From positions 1 through 62,968 of the forward strand of contig DASUTF010000269.1 of the NCBI GenBank assembly GCA_036374695.1: 62,968 bases of DNA, written 5' to 3'. Of the stretch, positions 1 to 9,937 are shown piece by piece (within the stretch, counting starts at the first letter, position 1; each line of letters starts with the position of its first letter). Source of the DNA: Pyrinomonadaceae bacterium (GTDB lineage: Bacteria > Acidobacteriota > Blastocatellia > Pyrinomonadales > Pyrinomonadaceae). The position numbers and the translations under genes were made by a program. The notes below the pieces were generated by a model. The model was not told the DNA's origin. It worked only from the letters and a program-made list of their open reading frames with translations, and ran no database searches.

Positions 1-338
1 TGAATTTTCAGGCCGGGACTAAGCCACTGCGCCGCGTCGCCCAACTCGTCGTCACTCAAGGCAGTTTGGTCGTAGGTCTCTGTGTTCATGAAGTGATGGT
101 GCGAGCCGTCGGAATACAGGTACTCCATTTCGTGCTGTTCGAGCGAAGCGCGCTCGATCGTGTCGGCCGAGCGAAAACGGTGCTCGAAAGACGAGCCGGT
201 GCGGATGTCGCGCAGTTTGGTTTGAATCATCGCGCGCAAGTTTCCGGGGGTGTGGTGCCGAAATTCCATGACTTTGCATGGTTTTCCCTCAAAAACGATG
301 ACCATACCGCGCCGGATCTGGGTTGCTGGAATTGCCAT
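1..338 (-). CDS. efp: Elongation factor P, N-terminal part (gene runs off the left edge)
   Basis: Absent from the ORF track because it is edge-truncated. Reverse complement from the ATG at 338..336 reads [106 protein letters not shown], a typical EF-P N-terminus. An AAGGAG motif (complement of 355..360) lies 16 nt upstream. Confidence 0.9.
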   Translation of the reverse strand, partial: MAIPATQIRRGMVIVFEGKPCKVMEFRHHTPGNLRAMIQTKLRDIRTGSSFEHRFRSADTIERASLEQHEMEYLYSDGSHHHFMNTETYDQTALSDDELGDAAQWLSPGLKI

Positions 339-464
339 TACAGACTTCGAATGCTCCTTAGTTGGTTCGCGCGGCAGATTGTGAACAATCCGCGCAGGTG
401 TACAAACCTTGTAGTCTAGCGAGGCGGTTGCAGGATTGTCCAGCGGCCATAAACAGAACGGAAA

Positions 465-514
465 GTGGCACGGGCGTCCCGCCCGTGAAATCACGCACAG
501 GATGCGCGTGCCAC
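465..514. repeat. Family A double-hairpin repeat, copy 1 (GTGGCACGGGCGTCCCGCCCGTGAAATCACGCACAGGATGCGCGTGCCAC)
   Basis: Outer arms GTGGCACG/CGTGCCAC; inner hairpin CACGGGCG-TCC-CGCCCGTG. Related copies at 15931..15981 (inverted), 48144..48192 (inverted) and 62731..62777. The surrounding 461..529 segment is flanked by the identical 10-mer AAACAGAACG at 451..460 and 530..539. Confidence 0.85.
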
Positions 515-689
515 CTCATGAACGCGCGGAAACAGAACGAGCAACCCTTACCTGAGTAAGTCTGACGACTGGCTCAAGCTCGGGTTGCTCGCTCTCAGGA
601 GGAGCCCACCTACCTGTATTGAATAAACGTGAGCGCAGCTCATTAGTTCCGAAATAATCCAACCCGCGAGAAAGGAGTCAAAGGTGAAC

Positions 690-2474
690 CTAATACGGGA
701 AGGGTTGACCGAAATACGGCGAGCGTTTTGGCGGGCCAGTGAGGACTCCTTGCGCTAACTTCAGTTGCGCCATTAGCCGTATCTCAGGTCTTTCGAATTG
801 AGCCGCGAGGTTGACTGCCCGGTCGAAATCACACCAGGCGAAGTGTGCGGCGTTCTGAGCCAAGCCAGTCAACAGGCTGCCGACGGCGCCTTCACTACTC
901 ATGTTCCATTCGCCATCGCGAAGATAGTGATTCTCGTAGCTGTTCAGCTTGACGGCCGCAGCAACAAGGTCATTGAATCTCGGCATCAAAGACGCCATCA
1001 TTTCCAATCCCTGGTCACTTTGTTCAAGGCAATACAGCGTGGCAAGATCTACCTGCATTTCAGTCTGTTCTTTGCCGGGTTTCATCGCACCGACTATTTC
1101 GCGTGCTTCATTGAGTAGCTTGAGCGCGGCCTTGCGATCCTTTGTGCCGATCTGGCGGGCAAATCCCATCAACCGCCTGACGCGTTCTTGCGTGCTTGGG
1201 GCTTCACTAATCATTCGCTGAATTTCCGCCATCGTGTCTTCATCAAGTGAGGCCCGTTTTTCGGCGGCTCCGATTTGCAAAAGGAGGTACTGTCGATCTT
1301 CCGGATCTGGTTCATAATCCGTGACAATCTTTCGCGCTCTTTCGATATCGCCCTGGATCATGGCTCGTCCCAACGCCTTCAGGTAAATAGGCTGGGTCAT
1401 TTGTGGATATTTCGGTACTAATTCGAGAATCTGATCGACAGTCGCGCCCTCAGAAAGATCGTCTAACTCAGCCTCTAACTCAGCATATCTCTCATCCGAC
1501 CACTGTGACTCAGAATTATCTTCGGGTGCCCACTGCTTGAGTCTGGCCGCGCCAGATGGATCAACGCTTTGCATTTCCGGTAGGAATGCTGCCAGCTGAG
1601 AGCAAAACCAACCTTTTTCATCCTCCACAGATGCCTTGTTGCCGCATCCATTCGCCAGGGCGCTGGCGATGAACAGATTGATAAGCTCTCGATAAGTCGA
1701 CCCGTCGGAGGCTGGCGGTTTGAATGACTTGGCCAGTCCCAGCGCAAAGGAAAAAGCCATCGAATCCTCCAGGAGATTGCTATCTCTTAATTTCGCAACA
1801 ATCTCTTTGTACAGAGTCACGGCCTGTTCCTTGTGCTTTTTGTTCAGCAGCCGAAGCAGCGGCTGAAGCTCATAAATGAACCCGCGCGCCAAAATCCTTC
1901 GCGCGATTTTAAGCGTCAGCTCCGGACTCTCCTGAGCGACCTGTTGTGCCAGTCTCAATTCGAGCCGGCGGTGCATTTCGGCGAATTCGTTTGTAGTCGG
2001 CTTGTCAGAAGGCGGTTCGGTTGCTTTAAAGAAATCGACCGCCAAGACAGCGTCATGCTTGGCAATCCTCTCAACTATATCCACTCGCAATTGTAGGAAG
2101 ACCATGCGGGTCTTTGTTTCGGTCACCTCATCATCAGCGGGATTCTGGAGACCGCTGTTGATATCACTCTGGACAGAACCAAAAAGCCTTCGAGCGCGGT
2201 TTTCGTCGTGGCTCCAAAGTGCCGCGGCGATATTTGATCCAAGCCGCGCACGATTTTCGGCAGACTGTAAGGTGCCGATCTGATCGGCCAGCGTCTCCAG
2301 TAGATCAAAGGCTCGCTCGCGCAGCAACGCATTGCCGCCTTCGGGGGGTTGTGCCGGTGTTTTCGTTGGTTGCCCGTATGCCTGTTGGCAGCAAATCATC
2401 GTCACCAGAATTACGCATAATGTAGAGAGTTGAGAGCGGGTCGAAGAACGAAGTGAGGTGAATACACGCGTCAT
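690..2474 (-). CDS. Hypothetical exported alpha-helical repeat protein
   Basis: 594-aa ORF with a hydrophobic N-terminal signal-like segment (LSTLCVILVTMICCQQAYGQ). Coding-like composition throughout. No family recognised. Confidence 0.6.
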   Translation of the reverse strand: MTRVFTSLRSSTRSQLSTLCVILVTMICCQQAYGQPTKTPAQPPEGGNALLRERAFDLLETLADQIGTLQSAENRARLGSNIAAALWSHDENRARRLFGSVQSDINSGLQNPADDEVTETKTRMVFLQLRVDIVERIAKHDAVLAVDFFKATEPPSDKPTTNEFAEMHRRLELRLAQQVAQESPELTLKIARRILARGFIYELQPLLRLLNKKHKEQAVTLYKEIVAKLRDSNLLEDSMAFSFALGLAKSFKPPASDGSTYRELINLFIASALANGCGNKASVEDEKGWFCSQLAAFLPEMQSVDPSGAARLKQWAPEDNSESQWSDERYAELEAELDDLSEGATVDQILELVPKYPQMTQPIYLKALGRAMIQGDIERARKIVTDYEPDPEDRQYLLLQIGAAEKRASLDEDTMAEIQRMISEAPSTQERVRRLMGFARQIGTKDRKAALKLLNEAREIVGAMKPGKEQTEMQVDLATLYCLEQSDQGLEMMASLMPRFNDLVAAAVKLNSYENHYLRDGEWNMSSEGAVGSLLTGLAQNAAHFAWCDFDRAVNLAAQFERPEIRLMAQLKLAQGVLTGPPKRSPYFGQPFPY

Positions 2475-2538
2475 AGTATTTGGGTGTCACCAGGCGCCGC
2501 GACAACTATATTCACGTTTTTGGATTTGTCGAGAACTA

Positions 2539-3492
2539 TCAAGCCGCACGGGCCCTTAGTTCATGATTCTTGCGCACTACGCGATCCAGCCACTCCTGGG
2601 ACGCCTGATACCGCGGAAAGCGTTGTTCTTCAGAACGAAATGCGGGCGTGTGATAGTAGCGGCGGCCGTTGATAATCTTGGCCGGATGCTTGATGTGCAG
2701 CATCTCGTGATAAAGGATGTACTCGACGAACCACTCAGGCACGTCGCGCGCGTCCAAGGCTTTGCTGATCGTGATGGTGTTGTGTACAGCGTCGTGATGC
2801 CCGAGGATTCGCTTCGCCCGCCGCTTTGACCAAGTGAGTACAGGTTTCTCAATCTCGCCGTCGAAATACCGCCGGTTGATCCGCTCGAACAATTCAGTTA
2901 GGTCGTAAACTTTGCCGCGCGCGGAGGAAATTACTTTCCGGCCGCGCTTTTGCCGCGCGATATCTGAAGCGCGCAGAACGTTCGGGCTGTAAGCGTAGGC
3001 GCGATAGGCCTTCTCATGAGCCGCCGGTGCTTTGCGTGAGAGCAAACGCGCGACGAGCAGAAAAGCCAGAGCGCGCATGACCTCAGGGGGCGCAGACTCG
3101 AAGACATCCGAAAGCCGAACATAGACGCGACCCGAACGCACTCGAATCGTGTGATGAAGCCCGGCGTACGGATAAAAACGTACTTCGATATCGGCGTTGT
3201 CGAGCCGAAAGCGGCGACCCTTTGGGTCGAGTTGCCGAAAGGCCTCGCCAAAGACTCGCTGAAGCTGAAGGGTATTTTGGGCCATGTCCCGGAGTGTCTG
3301 ACCGAGCCATCTTATGGGCCAGTTGAAACGGGCGTCAAACCCGCTGCGAGAACGTGCCAAAACCTTCGAAAATACGCCCGTAAGCCGGGCCGGCGGGTGA
3401 GTTTCTTCATCATTCAGCGCGAGGCCGAAACCCAAGTCAAAGCCCCACAGCAACTTACGGTGAACAGGGTGGCTAACCGAACCGCGGTACAC
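2539..3492 (-). CDS. SprT-like / DUF45-type HExxH zinc metallopeptidase-like protein
   Basis: C-terminal region INRRYFDGEI...LTWSKRRAKRILGHHD...ITISKALD...ILYHEMLHIKH...HTPAFRSEEQRFPRYQASQEWL matches the SprT/YgjP-type layout with an HEMLH motif. Start codon uncertain. Confidence 0.6.
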   Translation of the reverse strand: MYRGSVSHPVHRKLLWGFDLGFGLALNDEETHPPARLTGVFSKVLARSRSGFDARFNWPIRWLGQTLRDMAQNTLQLQRVFGEAFRQLDPKGRRFRLDNADIEVRFYPYAGLHHTIRVRSGRVYVRLSDVFESAPPEVMRALAFLLVARLLSRKAPAAHEKAYRAYAYSPNVLRASDIARQKRGRKVISSARGKVYDLTELFERINRRYFDGEIEKPVLTWSKRRAKRILGHHDAVHNTITISKALDARDVPEWFVEYILYHEMLHIKHPAKIINGRRYYHTPAFRSEEQRFPRYQASQEWLDRVVRKNHELRARAA

Positions 3493-3531
3493 CGGCGCGC
3501 GCTATCTCGCGAAAGCTTGAAATTAAAGGGT

Positions 3532-3560
3532 TTGCGGCACTTTTCGTTCTTGGCTATACT
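3532..3560 (+). promoter_or_regulatory. Candidate sigma-70-type promoter of the hrcA operon
   Basis: TTGCGG (3532..3537), 17-nt spacer, TATACT (3555..3560), about 50 nt upstream of the hrcA start. Motif match only. Confidence 0.3.
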
Positions 3561-3607
3561 GACCCGACGGTTGTCTCTCACAAACGATCGGCCCGTCGGT
3601 TGGCTGC

Positions 3608-4729
3608 GTGGCGGGGACAAAGAACATGGTTAACAGAAGTTTCAAATCAGGGTCCTCAAGGCCGAGCGCGGAATCGCGCCGCCAGGCGGTACTCGCAGCA
3701 ATCATTCACGAGCATCTGCGCACCGGAGACGCGATTGGCTCGCACACCGTGGCGGAGAAGTTTGCGCACGCGACGGGGTGGAGCTCCGCGACCATCCGCA
3801 ACGTGATGGCTGAGTTGGATGAGTTTGGGTTACTCGAACAACCGCACACGTCCGCTGGTCGTATTCCGACGGATCGAGGGTACCGTTACTACGTCGATAA
3901 CATTATCAGCAGCACGCGCCTGTCGAAATCAGATCTGAAAGCGATTGAGGACATTGGTAAGGTCGAGCAACTGACGGCGCGACCGGATCGATTGATGGAG
4001 CGCGCGTCACATGTGCTTTCCGAGCTGTCCGAGAACGTAGGGATCGTGGTATGGCCGTCGCTTGCGGACAATGGACTGCAACACATTAGCTTTGTGAATC
4101 TTCCGGACAGCCGGATCCTGGTGGCGATAGTTTCAACGCCAAACGTCGTGCAGGACAAAGTCATTAGAGTGGACGAGAAATTCACGCAGGACGAGTTGGA
4201 TGGAATCGCGCGTTATCTCAACACCGAATTTCACGGCAAGAACCTGCGTGCCATCCGTGCCGAGATGGTTCGGCGCATGAAAGAAGAAAGAGCTTTGTAC
4301 GACGGGTTGCTGCGAAACGCTGTCTTGTTGTGCGAGCGAAGCCTGGAAGGCGAAGAGAGTGACGGTGGAGAGGTTTACATCGATGGCGCTTTTAATATCC
4401 TGACCAAACCTGAGTTCGCCAATCGCGAAGAGCTGCGCGAACTTTTGCGAACGCTTGAAGAAAAATCACGGCTGGTGAAAATCCTGACGGAATGTCTTGC
4501 CAGCGATCCGATCCATCGTAAGGTGAAAGTGATCATCGGCAACGAGAACGTCATGCCCTCAATGAAAAGTTGCGCAGTCATCACGGCATCGTACCGGTTG
4601 GATGGTGAAGTCTCAGGCACATTGGGAGTCGTTGGCCCCACGCGAATCGAGTATGGCCGCACAATGGCTGTGGTAAACTACCTTGCACGGTTTATCGAAC
4701 GTGCACTGTCGAACGACGCGGCGCCCTAA
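3608..4729 (+). CDS. hrcA: Heat-inducible transcription repressor HrcA
   Basis: N-terminal winged-helix segment IGSHTVAEKF...SSATIRNVMAELDEFGLLEQPHTSAGRIPTDRGYRYYVD. Heads a grpE-dnaK-dnaJ cluster. Start is either GTG 3608 or ATG 3626. Confidence 0.9.
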   Translation: MAGTKNMVNRSFKSGSSRPSAESRRQAVLAAIIHEHLRTGDAIGSHTVAEKFAHATGWSSATIRNVMAELDEFGLLEQPHTSAGRIPTDRGYRYYVDNIISSTRLSKSDLKAIEDIGKVEQLTARPDRLMERASHVLSELSENVGIVVWPSLADNGLQHISFVNLPDSRILVAIVSTPNVVQDKVIRVDEKFTQDELDGIARYLNTEFHGKNLRAIRAEMVRRMKEERALYDGLLRNAVLLCERSLEGEESDGGEVYIDGAFNILTKPEFANREELRELLRTLEEKSRLVKILTECLASDPIHRKVKVIIGNENVMPSMKSCAVITASYRLDGEVSGTLGVVGPTRIEYGRTMAVVNYLARFIERALSNDAAP

Positions 4730-4782
4730 CGAAGGGTTCGGTCCGTATCGATTCCCTGAAAACCAGGAAAACACGAAGATTT

Positions 4783-5445
4783 ATGGCATCAGACCGAAAA
4801 TCACAGGCCGGGAACCGCATTCCGATTCATTTCGAAGGCGAAGACGTGGGAGGAGAAGAATTTGCCACAGATGCCTTGACGGCTGAAGATGACGATTTCG
4901 TAGAGCTTGAGTCGAAGGCGGCAAGTGACGCGGAAGGCGGTCCGGCCGTGGCAGAGTTAGTGGCGACGCGCGCTGAGTTGAAGCGACTGCAAAATGCGCT
5001 GGCTGAAGCGCAGGAAGCGGTACTTCGACGACAGGCGGATTTCGAAAATTACCGCAAGCGGGTCGAGCGCGAGCGCGGTGAAACCCACAGCCGACTTGTC
5101 GGCGACGTCGCGAAAAAATTGCTGCCCGTCGTGGATAATCTTTCGCGCGCGCTGGACGCTGAGCGTTCTGTTGAGACCAGCGAGTCGGCAGAGTTTCGCC
5201 ATTTCCTGCACGGAGTTGAGTTAATCAACAAACAACTTACAGAGGTGCTGGAGTCCTTCGGCGTCGAGCCAATCGCCGCAGTTGGTGAACCTTTCGATCC
5301 TCACGTGCACGAGGCGGTGGTTACCGAACCCTCCGATGAACACGAACCTGACACAGTGATTGAAGAACTCGCCCGCGGTTACCGAATCGGCGACCGCTTG
5401 CTGCGACCTTCGATGGTCAAAGTCGCGGCACACAAAGACGGCTAA
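4783..5445 (+). CDS. grpE: Nucleotide exchange factor GrpE
   Basis: [58 protein letters not shown]. Confidence 0.93.
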   Translation: MASDRKSQAGNRIPIHFEGEDVGGEEFATDALTAEDDDFVELESKAASDAEGGPAVAELVATRAELKRLQNALAEAQEAVLRRQADFENYRKRVERERGETHSRLVGDVAKKLLPVVDNLSRALDAERSVETSESAEFRHFLHGVELINKQLTEVLESFGVEPIAAVGEPFDPHVHEAVVTEPSDEHEPDTVIEELARGYRIGDRLLRPSMVKVAAHKDG

Positions 5446-5456
5446 CCCTTTTTCTT

Positions 5457-7283
5457 ATGGGGAAAATAATTGGAATCGATTTAGGAACGACCAATTGCTG
5501 CGTCGCCGTCCTGGAGGGCGGCACGGTTCAGATCGTTCCTAACAAAGAAGGCGGCCGCACTATGCCGAGCGTTGTCGGTTTTACCGACAAGGGCGAACGG
5601 CTGGTCGGACAAATCGCCAAACGCCAGGCTGTCACCAACTCAGCCAATACAGTCTATGCGGTCAAGCGACTAATCGGCCGTAAGCTCGATTCAGCAGAAG
5701 TGAAACGGATGTGCGCCACGGTGCCGTTCGAGATTGTGAATTCACCGAACGGCGACGCGCGCGTGCAAGTCCAGGGGAAGGTTTACAGCCCGCCGGAACT
5801 TTCCGGGATCGTGCTGCAGCGTTTGAAGGCCGCCGCCGAAGACTTTCTGGGTGAAGCGGTCACGGACGCGATAATCACGGTTCCCGCTTACTTCGACGAC
5901 ACCCAGCGGCAGGCGACAAAAGACGCGGGCAAGATCGCGGGCCTGCTGGTCAACCGCATCATCAACGAGCCCACCGCGGCCGCACTGGCGTATGGCCTGG
6001 GCAAGTCCGAAGCCGAGAAGATTGCGGTGTATGACCTCGGCGGCGGCACCTTCGACATTTCGATCCTCGAAATGAACAACGGGGTGTTTGAGGTCCTTTC
6101 CACGGCCGGAAACACGTTCCTCGGCGGAGAAGATTTTGATGAGGCGATCATGAACTGGATGGCGGAACAGTTCATGGAGGACACCGGCATCGATCTTCGT
6201 AAAGACCGTTTGGCACTCCAGCGTTTGAAGGAAGCGGCCGAACGCGCCAAATGCGAACTTTCGTCGGCCTCGGAAACAAGTTTCAATCTTCCGTTTATCG
6301 CGGCCGACGCAACCGGCCCCAAGCACCTGAACAAGACGCTCACGCGCGATAAGTTCGAGGAGTTGGTCGGCGGACTGGTTGAGCAAACCGTTGAGCCGTG
6401 CGAGCGCGCTTTGCGTGATGCAAAACTCGATGCCGCGCAAATCGACAAAGTGATTCTGGTCGGCGGGCAGACGCGTTCGCAGATCGTCGAGCGCACCGTC
6501 GACAAGATTTTCGGAAAGAAACCGTCAACGGAGATCAATCCCGACGAAGTGGTCGCCATGGGCGCGGCAATTCAGGGCGGCGTGCTGACCGGTGACGTGA
6601 AAGACATCGTGCTGCTGGACGTGTTGCCGTTGAGCCTTGGCCTGGAAACGCGCGGAGGGTTGTTCACGAAAATCATCGAACGCAATTCGACGATCCCGCT
6701 GCGCAACAGTCTGAACTTTACAACCGTTGTCGATAATCAATCGTCGGTAGAAATTCACGTGCTCCAGGGCGAGCGCGACGTCTCAACGGGTAACCGAAGT
6801 CTCGGAAAGTTTGAATTGGTTGGCATTCCGCCAGCGCCGCGCGGCGTGCCGCAGATCGAAGTTTCATTCGAGGTCGATGCGAATGGAATCGTGTCAGTCT
6901 CGGCGACTGACAAAGCGACAGGCCGCGAACAGCAGATGCGCATCACGCCGACTTCCGGTCTTTCTCAGGAAGAGATCGACCGCATCATCAAAGAAGCCGA
7001 CACGATGGCCGAAAGCGACCGCTCACAGCGAGATAAGATCGCTCTACAGAACAAGCTGGCGAGCCTGGTCCGGAACACCCACCGTTCGTTCATTGAGTTC
7101 GGGGGGCTGCTGGAAGCCGAGCAACAGGAAGCCGGCGAGCGCGTTTTGGCGGAGGGCGAGGCGGCCGCGAGGGCCGAGGAGATCGGGGAAATCAGAATGG
7201 CTCTCGATGCGGTTGAGCGGCTGGGCCGACAGCTGACGGCAGCGATGATGAAATCAGCCGGTGTCGACCCGAAAGACGATTGA
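5457..7283 (+). CDS. dnaK: Molecular chaperone DnaK (Hsp70)
   Basis: [55 protein letters not shown]. Confidence 0.98.
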   Translation: MGKIIGIDLGTTNCCVAVLEGGTVQIVPNKEGGRTMPSVVGFTDKGERLVGQIAKRQAVTNSANTVYAVKRLIGRKLDSAEVKRMCATVPFEIVNSPNGDARVQVQGKVYSPPELSGIVLQRLKAAAEDFLGEAVTDAIITVPAYFDDTQRQATKDAGKIAGLLVNRIINEPTAAALAYGLGKSEAEKIAVYDLGGGTFDISILEMNNGVFEVLSTAGNTFLGGEDFDEAIMNWMAEQFMEDTGIDLRKDRLALQRLKEAAERAKCELSSASETSFNLPFIAADATGPKHLNKTLTRDKFEELVGGLVEQTVEPCERALRDAKLDAAQIDKVILVGGQTRSQIVERTVDKIFGKKPSTEINPDEVVAMGAAIQGGVLTGDVKDIVLLDVLPLSLGLETRGGLFTKIIERNSTIPLRNSLNFTTVVDNQSSVEIHVLQGERDVSTGNRSLGKFELVGIPPAPRGVPQIEVSFEVDANGIVSVSATDKATGREQQMRITPTSGLSQEEIDRIIKEADTMAESDRSQRDKIALQNKLASLVRNTHRSFIEFGGLLEAEQQEAGERVLAEGEAAARAEEIGEIRMALDAVERLGRQLTAAMMKSAGVDPKDD

Positions 7284-7382
7284 GCAAGTAGCGCACTTCG
7301 GGATAGAATTTCCCTGCGGTCAGTGGCTTTGCCGTACAGTCGGCACATCTGCTGGCCGCTCGTTTCGATAAATACGAATTTC

Positions 7383-8504
7383 ATGGCAAGCAAACGCGAT
7401 TATTACGAGGTTCTGGGCGTCAGCCGCAACGTCACCGAGCAGGAGTTGAAGAGCGCTTACCGCCGGCTCGCGCACCAGCATCATCCAGACAAGAATCAGG
7501 GCGACTCGGAGGCCGAAGACAAATTCAAAGAGGCAGCCGAGGCGTATGCCGTGCTGTCCGATCCCGAACAGCGCAGCCGCTATGATCGTTTTGGTCACGC
7601 CGGCGTTTCGAGTGCGGCCGGCGCGGCATGGGGAGCACCGGGTTTCGGCGGCATCGAAGACATTCTCGGCGATTTGTTCGGTTTCGGCGATGTGTTCGGC
7701 GCGGCAGGCCGGAGCGGCGCGCGCCGCTCAACGCAGCAGCGCGGCGCGGATCTACGTTACGACCTCGAGATTTCTTTGGAGCAAGCCGCAACCGGCATGA
7801 CGGCGCAGCTTCGCATCCCGAAACTCGAGGCGTGCGAAGCGTGCGATGGCGCCGGCACGGCTCCGGGAACAAAACCGGAAGCGTGCCAGACCTGCGGCGG
7901 CGCCGGCCAGGTTCGTTTTCAGCAGGGCTTCTTTTCGGTCTCGCGCACCTGCGGCAATTGTCGCGGCGCGGGACAAATAATCACTTCCCCCTGCGATAAA
8001 TGCCGGGGCCATGGGCGGGTTGAGCGCGAGAAACAGATTGAAGTGAAGATTCCCGCCGGCGTCGAGACTGGTTCGCGACTCCGTTTGCAGAGTGAAGGCG
8101 AGTCGGGAGCGTATGGCGGTCCGGCCGGCGATCTGTACGTGGTAATTCACGTCGCTGAACACGAGTTGTTCGAGCGGCAGGGAAACAATCTCTATTCGGC
8201 CGTTCCGGTGACGTTTGCGCAGGCCGCTCTCGGAGCTGAAATTCAGGTTAAGACGCTGAGCGGCGAAGACGCGCTGAAAATTCCCGCCGGCACTCAGACA
8301 GGCACTGTGTTCCGCGTGCGCGGCCAGGGAATGCCCGTGCTGGGCGGCCGGGGCCGTGGCGATTTGTTCGTCTCAGTCTCAGTCGTGACACCCACGATGT
8401 TAACGCGCGAACAGCGCAAGCTTTTGGAACAGCTTGAGCGGATCGAAACAAAGGATTTGGAAGACAAGAAGCTGTCCGAAAAAGTTCGAGATATCTTCGG
8501 CTGA
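7383..8504 (+). CDS. dnaJ: Co-chaperone DnaJ
   Basis: J domain MASKRDYYEVLGVSRNV...HHPDKN, G/F-rich linker, and four CxxCxGxG zinc-finger motifs (CEACDGAG, CQTCGGAG, CGNCRGAG, CDKCRGHG). The track ORF starts at 7323, but the J domain begins at ATG 7383. Confidence 0.95.
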   Translation: MASKRDYYEVLGVSRNVTEQELKSAYRRLAHQHHPDKNQGDSEAEDKFKEAAEAYAVLSDPEQRSRYDRFGHAGVSSAAGAAWGAPGFGGIEDILGDLFGFGDVFGAAGRSGARRSTQQRGADLRYDLEISLEQAATGMTAQLRIPKLEACEACDGAGTAPGTKPEACQTCGGAGQVRFQQGFFSVSRTCGNCRGAGQIITSPCDKCRGHGRVEREKQIEVKIPAGVETGSRLRLQSEGESGAYGGPAGDLYVVIHVAEHELFERQGNNLYSAVPVTFAQAALGAEIQVKTLSGEDALKIPAGTQTGTVFRVRGQGMPVLGGRGRGDLFVSVSVVTPTMLTREQRKLLEQLERIETKDLEDKKLSEKVRDIFG

Positions 8505-8540
8505 TGCGGCCCCGGGGCGGCCTGCGCGTTTAGTTTTATG

Positions 8541-8626
8541 CCCTCTCCGCTGCGCGGAGAGGGGATCGGGGAGAGGTTGGCACGGCCGTAACCCCGCCCT
8601 TTCCCCCTCCCCACTTGTGGGGAGGG
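8541..8626. repeat. Pair of perfect 10-bp-stem hairpins downstream of dnaJ (CCCTCTCCGC-TGC-GCGGAGAGGG and CCCTCCCCAC-TT-GTGGGGAGGG)
   Basis: Both stems were read directly at 8541..8563 and 8605..8626. There is no T-tract, so these are REP-like rather than a canonical terminator. Confidence 0.75.
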
Positions 8627-8682
8627 TAATAGCGACGCGCAAAACGATTCGTCGTCGCCGTCTATTCTCCGAGAGGTTACCC

Positions 8683-9843
8683 ATGAAATCCCCTTTCCAA
8701 TTGCGTAGTTTGATTTCGTTAATACTTCTGTTGGCGGCTTCCTCAGTCGCGGTGGCTCAGGATAACTACCCCGAGATGAAGCAGTGGGAGTCCTTTGACT
8801 TTGCTTCAAAGCGTATCTCGGCGGCGGATGTCGCAAAGGTAAAGCCCGAAAACCTGCAGTTGATGCGCGGCGTCGTGTTCGGCAAGCACGGCCGCATCTT
8901 TAAAGACTGGGAAATCAAGACCTACCTGCAATCCCGTGACTGGTACAAGCCGAATCCGAACTTTACGAACTCAACGCTGAACGATACCGAGCGAGACAAT
9001 CTCGACGTCATTCGTATCGCTGAAGCCGAACACCACGAGACGGTGCAGCCCGGCGATATGCGCCTTTATCAGAATCGTCTGTTGACACGGAGGAAGCTGG
9101 GCACGCACACCAACGCGGAGTGGACGGTGTTGGCAGCCGAAATCGAAGCCATCCACGGAAAGCGTTTCGACGATCAGCCCTGGCTTCAGCAGTACCTGGA
9201 AGAGAGGTACTGGTACAAGGCGGCCGATAACTACAAGCCGAATCTTAACGCGATTGAGCAGAAGAACCTGAAGTTGATCGACACGATTCGCCGACAGCAA
9301 CGACGCGTGGCGCTTCAGCCGGGCGACATGGAGTTGTTTGAGAACAAGCTGATCAGCGAGGCGATGCTGCGTGGGTTAAGCCTGCACGAGCTGCGCTTGC
9401 TGCGCAACGAAATCTACGCGCGCCACGGCCGCGTTTTTAAGACGCTCTGGCTCCAGCAATACTTCGGCAGCCAGATGTGGTACGACCCGAACGAGAACTT
9501 CAAGGACGAAGAGCTTTCGGGTCCTGACAAGACAAACGTCGAGACGATCGTCGCGTACGAAAACAAACTGCACAATCAACTCAGCACGAAGCCAATCACG
9601 CGCGCCCTGTTGCAGGGGCTGTTCATCGAGGACGTTCGCAAGATGCGTGACGAGATTTACGCTCGTCGCGGCAAGACGTTCACCAATCGCTGGACGCAGA
9701 AGTATTTCGAGAGTCTGGACTGGTACAAGGCCGATCCGAAATTCAGCGACGCGTCGTTGACTCCGATCGAGAAAAGGAACGTGGCGACTATCGCCGCTTA
9801 CGAGAAACGGGCCGTAAGCGCGATGAGCGTCATAGAAGGTTGA
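8683..9843 (+). CDS. Secreted protein with four YARHG-domain repeats
   Basis: Signal peptide MKSPFQLRSLISLILLLAASSVAVAQ, then four repeats of the type MRGVVFGKHGRIFKD...WYKPNPNF / EIEAIHGKRFDD...WYKAADNY / LRNEIYARHGRVFKT...WYDPNENF / MRDEIYARRGKTFTN...WYKADPKF. The track ORF start 8434 lies inside the upstream hairpin repeats; ATG 8683 is preferred. Confidence 0.85.
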   Translation: MKSPFQLRSLISLILLLAASSVAVAQDNYPEMKQWESFDFASKRISAADVAKVKPENLQLMRGVVFGKHGRIFKDWEIKTYLQSRDWYKPNPNFTNSTLNDTERDNLDVIRIAEAEHHETVQPGDMRLYQNRLLTRRKLGTHTNAEWTVLAAEIEAIHGKRFDDQPWLQQYLEERYWYKAADNYKPNLNAIEQKNLKLIDTIRRQQRRVALQPGDMELFENKLISEAMLRGLSLHELRLLRNEIYARHGRVFKTLWLQQYFGSQMWYDPNENFKDEELSGPDKTNVETIVAYENKLHNQLSTKPITRALLQGLFIEDVRKMRDEIYARRGKTFTNRWTQKYFESLDWYKADPKFSDASLTPIEKRNVATIAAYEKRAVSAMSVIEG

Positions 9844-9898
9844 TAAGGCCAACTTTGGGCGCCGCGTGACGGCGCCGAGAAAAAAGGCAATAAGCAGT

Positions 9899-9937
9899 GG
9901 GCAGTGAGCAGATTATCTGCTACTGCCCTTTGCTTTT
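9899..9937 (+). terminator. Rho-independent terminator after the YARHG gene
   Basis: Stem GGGCAGTGAGCAG / CTGCTACTGCCC with loop ATTAT, followed by TTTGCTTTT. It overlaps the stop codon of the convergent amidohydrolase gene. Confidence 0.6.

Noticed and set aside
465-480. TGGCAC words inside family A repeats as sigma-54 promoters (also 15970..15981 on the minus strand, TGGCACGGGCGTCGCA)
   Set aside because: The -12 position reads TCCC, TCGC or TTTC instead of TTGC. The TGGCAC is part of the repeat's stem, and the copies occur in both orientations irrespective of gene direction.
5742-6559. Long antisense ORFs (232 aa and 223 aa) opposite dnaK
   Set aside because: They are typical shadow ORFs of a GC-rich gene. 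They are Arg/Ala/Ser-rich with no motifs, whereas the plus strand encodes an unmistakable Hsp70.
8434-8682. Upstream extension of the YARHG ORF (track start 8434), and similar N-terminal extensions of the ogg (to 16046), MOSC (to 39186), osmC (to 47231), sucC (from 48131), M48 (to 50973) and ABC ATPase (from 59732) ORFs
   Set aside because: The extensions are translated from hairpin repeats or intergenic sequence and are Arg/Gly/Pro-rich. An internal ATG coincides with the start of the conserved domain or signal peptide in each case.
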